This document shows positions 59,274 through 64,000 of a stretch of 64,000 nt of DNA, in pieces (positions within the stretch are counted from its first letter, which is position 1; the number at the start of each line of letters is the position of its first letter). The stretch comes from Fimbriimonadia bacterium (GTDB taxonomy: Bacteria > Armatimonadota > Fimbriimonadia > Fimbriimonadales > JABRVX01). The notes under the pieces are model-generated. The model had not been told where the DNA came from and did not search any database. It saw only the letters and a list, made by a program, of their open reading frames with translations. The stretch covers positions 1 to 64,000 of the forward strand of contig JBGPGO010000007.1 in NCBI GenBank assembly GCA_041483895.1, written 5' to 3'. The position numbers were made by a program, and so were the translations under genes.

Positions 59274-59743
59274 CTATTCAGTTGACAATTTCAAGTATAC
59301 AGTGTTTCCCGTGTGAGTATCGTAACGATGTACACTAACAAGCCCGCCTGCGACATAGTCGAACCACTTCTCGCCAGTAACAAGCACCAGTTTCGCGGCA
59401 CGGGCACAGGCAGCAATCCAAATGTCATTATCGCGATTGGGAACCGCTGGCTTGGATTCAATCTTGACTCTGTACTGAATCGCTGCATACGCATTGACGA
59501 CTTCGTCTCGGTGGATCTCAACCATCGTGGCCCTCCGAAGTCGATGCTGCTGTCAGATATCGTGCTCGTGTTCCAGTTTCTTTGCCTTGCAAGAAACGCT
59601 ACCTCACCGATTGTCACTGAGCTAATGAATATCGGTGTGTGCGATTGAAGCCCCAACTTCGAAGCAAGCTGTTGACCCACTTCGCGGTTGCGTGCAAGAT
59701 ATACGATCGCATTCGTATCAAGGAGATACTCGTGCTCTGGCAT
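59274..59743 (-). pseudogene. PIN/VapC-family nuclease, frameshifted
   Basis: YLLDTNAI...ISSVTIGEV in one frame; DNDIWIAACA...LVTGEKWF in another. Confidence 0.85.
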
Positions 59744-59744
59744 G

Positions 59745-60698
59745 TTACCGAAGCGTCTCGAGGAGTTTCGTCAATTCCTCATCCGTCTCGTCGCCGGGCC
59801 AGGTCCCTATCCAATCACCGATCGTCAGTGCACCACGATTGCGAAGACGCAGCTCATTAATGATCGCTCCTGCGCTCGGCAATTCGGTGAACACGGCATC
59901 CCGAACCTCAGCAGGACGCACAACCATAGCTTCCAGCCGCAACTGCTTGCCGTTCGGCTTGTATATTAGATCCCCGTCGACCGCCACTGGTTCCCGACTA
60001 GTTATGTAGTGGCCAAGTCGCTCTGGATCGGAACCTACCCAAACTCCGCGCAGGCGTTCCTGACCATCTTTGATAAGAAGCTCAAACGAAGATTCGGAAA
60101 CACGGACCATATCGAGCCGTCCCACAATTCGGACTCTCTGCGGATCCGGAGTTTTCTCCAGCAGCAAACATGCGTGATCGGCTAGCGCCTTGTCAGCAGG
60201 CTCTCGTGTCGTACGGGCCACGTTGGGAAATGCGAGATATTCAACACCTTCCTTACCTGCTCCCTTCATTCTCGCAAAGTCCTCAAGTAGATCCGTGTCG
60301 TATCGACTGCTTTCCTCAACTTCGTGTTGAACATCGACGACCGCGTCCAGCAAATACTCAAATGCCGTGTCGTCTGGGTTAAGTGGTTCGCCAAAAAGTG
60401 CGGGTTGTTCAAGAAGCTTGGGTGCAGCTTCCTTTATGGTGGGTGCGCAATAAACTAACCCGTCTTGGGACCAGCCCTTTTCGAAGATCTCCCAAATCGG
60501 CCGAATGACGGATTCCGGCCTCCCAACTTTCCTGCTAATGGAAACGACGCGCATTCTTGTGCTTCGCCGGAGGCTCTCCTCGACCCAGCGCGACACAAAG
60601 CGCCCGGCGCGAGGGGTCGCCATCCCGTCGCGTACCCCGCGTCCTTTGACTTGCACCACTCTCTCAACTAGTTGCAGCTTCACACCTCCTCTGTTCAA
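59745..60698 (-). CDS. Hypothetical protein upstream of PIN (possible antitoxin partner)
   Basis: C-terminus IGTWPGDETDEELTKLL; 1 nt from the PIN start. Confidence 0.65.
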   Translation of the reverse strand: MNRGGVKLQLVERVVQVKGRGVRDGMATPRAGRFVSRWVEESLRRSTRMRVVSISRKVGRPESVIRPIWEIFEKGWSQDGLVYCAPTIKEAAPKLLEQPALFGEPLNPDDTAFEYLLDAVVDVQHEVEESSRYDTDLLEDFARMKGAGKEGVEYLAFPNVARTTREPADKALADHACLLLEKTPDPQRVRIVGRLDMVRVSESSFELLIKDGQERLRGVWVGSDPERLGHYITSREPVAVDGDLIYKPNGKQLRLEAMVVRPAEVRDAVFTELPSAGAIINELRLRNRGALTIGDWIGTWPGDETDEELTKLLETLR

Positions 60699-60753
60699 TA
60701 TACATCATTGGAATGGCGGCAAAACGCTCCAGTCTTACGTTTGAGACCAATTG

Positions 60754-61212
60754 TCATATGACTTCCGCAACTGCCCGCTCAGCATCGGCGATTCGGATCT
60801 TGCCAGAAATCAACTTTGGCACCAAGGTATCACGCAGAGTTGCAATGGTTCGTGACTCAAGGGCGTTTAAGACATATTTCGCCATGAGCGGTCCAATAAC
60901 GCCATCAAGAGCAAATATGTCCACTCGGACAAGCATATTGTCGCGCAGAAATGTCGCCTCGAAAATTGCCGGCACTTCGGTCGTCAGGATCTCGTGAGTT
61001 CTTTGGGCAGCATCCTCGTTCGACAACTCCCAAGTTGGTACGAGCACTCCACCCGGAAACAGTTCTTGCGCCAGGTTTCCGATGCGCTTCCCTGATTCCA
61101 TCCTTGCCTGTGTAGCGCTCGAAGGTGGAGCCTTCTCTTCCGGCATGTGGATTGTCATCCATAGTGCCTTCGGGCAGTTCTCGGCCGTAGTGAACAAAGA
61201 CTTTGTTAGCAT
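60754..61212 (-). pseudogene. Deletion fusion: DUF2779-like PD-(D/E)xK protein N-terminus joined to the HsdS C-terminus
   Basis: MLTKS...CPKALW...G..IG.LAQELFPGG...IFEATF...VRVDI, then ESRTIATLRDTLVPKLISGKIRI. Confidence 0.75.
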
Positions 61213-61443
61213 GAGTTCAACCATTCGCTCTCTAGCTCTAATACTCGATAAGTGACCCAGATTCCTTTTCGGCCCTCGTATGATTCCGACTGCCGCTTTC
61301 AAAGCTGCCACGCGACCACTTTCAGGAGCCAGAGACCAAGGTGGTTGAGCGATCAATGCGTTGGATAATAACGGGTGCTCGACTCGTTGACCACTCCGAT
61401 TCGTCCAATTCGGCGTCAGAAGTCCGCCAGCGTCCATCTGGGT

Positions 61444-61697
61444 GCGTGTCAAAATGAGTGTCAAGCGGTCGAAATTGCAGGTTGAAAGGTTACGTCAGAA
61501 GGTTACAATTAGCTTCAAAAACGGCTGGCTCCTCGGGTAGGACTCGAACCTACGACCCGCTGATTAACAGATGCGAGGACCGCCGTCCATTACGCGACAC
61601 TTACGTCCGATTAGCGCACATACGTCCGCGACATCGTTCCGTTATGTATCCATAAGTCCGTAGGCGTCCATTACAAAGCGTGTCAAATTGGTGTCAA
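61444..61697 (-). other. attP-like junction: 45-bp tRNA-Asn 3' core (61526-61570) with arm-type doublets on both sides, inverted relative to the tRNA
   Basis: Exact reverse complement of 34138-34182; GTGTCA doublets at 61446/61458 and 61680/61691. Confidence 0.9.
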
Positions 61698-61746
61698 CAG
61701 TCTTGGCCGCAGGGGCAGATGACGCTCACAGGAGAAATCGCAACCG

Positions 61747-61778
61747 CAGCTATCGATAATGGACGTTATCGACAGCTG
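61747..61778 (-). other. loxP/dif-like site S3: CAGCTATCGATAA-TGGACG-TTATCGACAGCTG
   Basis: 13-6-13 palindrome; the spacer is the reverse complement of the S2 spacer. Confidence 0.85.
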
Positions 61779-61781
61779 GCA

Positions 61782-62812
61782 CTATCCCGGTGGTGCTTCA
61801 TATCCGAAGAATCGAGAAAAGATCCGCTTGTACTCCTCCGTTTGCTCTTGGTCTGGCGGGAATACCTCAGCTACCGTGTCGGCACTCATGTCGATCAACG
61901 ATTCGGTTGTAACAAATGAGCGAAGGTCCTCGCGATCAAGAATTGATTTCACACCACGATTCCAAATGAACAGCTTGAGACCTGCGTTCTTCACGGCATC
62001 TTCGATGACCGCATTGATATGCTCGTCACCGAATCCATAACCAACTATCATCAGGCGAACGTCCCTGCATGAAGCACGGATCGAAATTGGTTGTGAAATT
62101 GCTGAAGTATCGGAAAAGCTGCAATTTGCACAGGTTTGGAACCGCCCATGATTAGCATCCCATCTCCGGTGATTGATCGCCAATTCGCGGAGCCATGCAG
62201 CTTGACGTAATTGAATCGACCGACAAAACTGGATTGGATCGTCGGATCGAGTTCGACCATCAACTCGTGGAGAGTAGACCCTTGGGGCGATGCAAACCAT
62301 GGCTGGCTTGTTCCCAGTTGCCATTTTGCGGGTCTAGGATCACCTGGCAGAATCAGATCACATCGCGGGCGAGAGCCGTTGAAATACGTTCGCTCCACAA
62401 GCAGGTCCTGATTCGTCGTAAAGAAGAATCCGGTGTCAATCGATTTGTCCCAGCCCATTCCCATGAATGCCTGTATGAGATGGCTCCAGTACTTGGAGCC
62501 GACAGGCTTTGGACCGGCCCTGCGCATGGTGTCGTCCATTCCAATAAAGGCTGCAACAATCGCCTTTTCCAATGCGCAGGCAGATGCCGGAGATTGCTTC
62601 CTTGTCTCGTCCAGCGCTAGTTCATAGTCATTCGGGTTGTTCTTAAGAAGCTCTCGTACGTTTGGATGTCCTGCCAGCGCGGGGTGTCCAAAGACCTGTA
62701 TGCAAATTTCAGTCGCCAATCGCCCCCAGGGATCCTTGCTGAAGCCAGCGCCAGTCAATAGCACGGCACGTGATGTCTTGCCAGTTGGTTTCATCGCTAA
62801 CCAATTCTGCAA
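61782..62812 (-). pseudogene. SIR2-like (SIR2_2) protein, frameshifted near 62060
   Basis: LLTGAGFS, FTTNQD, VKLHGS in one frame; LMIVGYGFGDEHIN in another. Confidence 0.85.
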
Positions 62813-62885
62813 ACTGCGCAGCCAACCTGTAGGGGAGCGGAGTCAGACACACGATTCGCGACTTTGATGGCTGGGCTCGCCGATC

Positions 62886-62951
62886 GTGGACTTCTTCGCG
62901 ATCCCCCGAGTACATGTCGTTTTGGTATCCATGATGGCGCTCTTGATAGGT
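62886..62951 (-). repeat. Degenerate site S4 plus ~35-bp flank: inverted copy of the recombinase leader (51264-51330)
   Basis: TGGACTTCT..CGAGTACATGT.GT.TTGGTATC.AT.ATGGC.C shared with the reverse complement of 51277-51330. Confidence 0.75.
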
Positions 62952-63120
62952 GAGTTGACCACGCCTTGGCCTCGTTGTTTCTGAGCAATTCTCTGCGCGG
63001 CGGTCGCACTCAGGAAGGAACCGGGACGCGAGGGCACGAGGTCAAAGAGATTGCGAATGCAGCCGTGTACGGCGAGTGAACCATGAAAGGACAATAGCGA
63101 CCTTCGGCAATTCTTGCAAA

Positions 63121-63216
63121 GGGTTCGGACTCGTACCGGAGCCCGCCGGCGTGGCTGCGTTCGCTGGCACCAGCCTAGGGCTCCTAGCCCTTCGGCGAAG
63201 CAAGGCCCGAAGGTAG
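63121..63216 (+). pseudogene. Orphan PEP-CTERM tail
   Basis: GFGLVPEPAGVAAFAGTSLGLLALRRSKARR*; the upstream frame is closed at 62944. Confidence 0.75.
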
Positions 63217-63234
63217 CGCGAATAATCCGCTAAC

Positions 63235-64000
63235 CTAGTCCACGATGACCGTCTGGTTGGTTTTGGGCGCAGTCGCCGGCCAGAGGAGCTTTTTGCCATC
63301 AGCCGTCCGAGCCACGATGTAGTACTCGAAATCCTCCTGCGCCGCAGGCAGTGTCGCCTGGTATACCGCGCGGCCCAGATGCCGGAGCTCGATCCTTTGG
63401 AACTGCCCTTTGCCGAGCGGGCGAAGGCACAAGTACGCTTCACTCGCCGGCAAGTTGTCAAGGATGGCCACACGGAGCGCGAGTGATTCCCCTTTGCGCG
63501 CTTGAGTGCGCACGGTCGGCACAACGATGCGCGTCGCGCCGGCGTAGTGGTTGGACGGGGCGGCATCAAGAGGAAGCGGTCTTTCGAGAGCCGCCGTGAT
63601 CTCATTGTCGTAGGCATCGAGCGTGTGCATGGTACGGCGGCTCTGCATCTCAAAATTTGCTATCGTGCCTAATTCCCCGGGGGTGTCACAGGCGGCGGCC
63701 TGGTATGTCATCAACTCCTCCCAGGCGCGCGCTATGGCGACACGAGACACCAACGCGTCGGAAGCCAGTTGCTTCCGCTTGGAGGTATCCGTCTCATTCT
63801 TCAGCGCCGCCGCCGCCCGATCCAACTCCGCCCGCAGGCAGCCCACTCGCGCAATCGCTTTGACTGCGCGATAGGTGTTGAGCCAGTAGTCGAAGCGCTC
63901 GAGATTGCCTGCTCCGCGTACGCGGGAACGCAGCTTAGCGAAGGACTCGACGAAGGCGAACTGCTTTTGGACGGTCTCCCACGGCACTCCGTTCGGCAAG
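63235..64000 (-). CDS. C-terminal part of a large glycoside-hydrolase-like protein (runs off the window)
   Basis: GAGNLERFDYWLN, TPGELGTIAN, C-terminal beta-sandwich WPATAP. Confidence 0.6.
   Translation of the reverse strand, partial: LPNGVPWETVQKQFAFVESFAKLRSRVRGAGNLERFDYWLNTYRAVKAIARVGCLRAELDRAAAALKNETDTSKRKQLASDALVSRVAIARAWEELMTYQAAACDTPGELGTIANFEMQSRRTMHTLDAYDNEITAALERPLPLDAAPSNHYAGATRIVVPTVRTQARKGESLALRVAILDNLPASEAYLCLRPLGKGQFQRIELRHLGRAVYQATLPAAQEDFEYYIVARTADGKKLLWPATAPKTNQTVIVD

Larger units (their letters stand above)
34138..64000. mobile_element. Composite genomic island at tRNA-Asn; right boundary unresolved
   Basis: Integrase immediately downstream of the tRNA, 45-bp tRNA 3' copy at 61526-61570, second recombinase, RHS, R-M, TA and SIR2 remnants. 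Confidence 0.8.

Noticed and set aside
61526..61570. Second tRNA-Asn gene
   Set aside because: Only the 3' 45 nt are present; the 5' acceptor strand and D-arm are missing.
55698..61778. Claim that an S2xS3 inversion has demonstrably occurred
   Set aside because: The current sites are each symmetric in their outer bases, whereas the flipped configuration would be less symmetric; kept only as a hypothesis.
55698..61778. Chromosomal dif site or classical integron attC array
   Set aside because: The arms do not match the XerC/XerD consensus I know, there are several copies, there are no GTTRRRY/RYYYAAC ends, and the recombinase does not look like IntI.
34182..64000. Prophage or conjugative ICE
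   Set aside because: No capsid, terminase, tail, relaxase or T4SS genes are recognisable in the window.

Overview
This is a GC-rich bacterial chromosome segment. PEP-CTERM tails, a dockerin-like C-terminal tail and HEAT-like proteins ending in 'LLRA..LLRP' suggest Armatimonadota, which is an inference. Positions 1-34.1 kb are mostly intact housekeeping and accessory genes: HicB, an Mrr-like nuclease, a Zn-dependent ADH, an NHL protein, tRNA-Arg, GH51, an RND efflux operon, ilvE, an aminotransferase, GH29, PlsC and a methyltransferase. Several families of small palindromic repeats lie among them. A genomic island starts at tRNA-Asn (34107-34182). It carries an integrase, RHS remnants including an RHS-phospholipase A2 toxin with a putative immunity gene, a carbohydrate-utilisation block (three large glycosidase-like genes plus an NgcEFG-like ABC transporter) and a second tyrosine recombinase. 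The main unexplained structure is a set of four loxP/dif-like palindromic sites (12-13 bp arm, 6 bp spacer, 12-13 bp arm; core TATCGA[T/A]AA-N6-TT[A/T]TCGA[T/C]A). The first site lies in the leader of the second recombinase. Together the sites divide 51.3-63.0 kb into three gene modules: a split cyclase-STAND with two alternative TPR sensor ORFs; a decayed type I R-M/PIN block holding an INVERTED, two-armed copy of the tRNA-Asn att core; and a SIR2-like gene. Product calls come from motif recognition by eye; no database searches were run.
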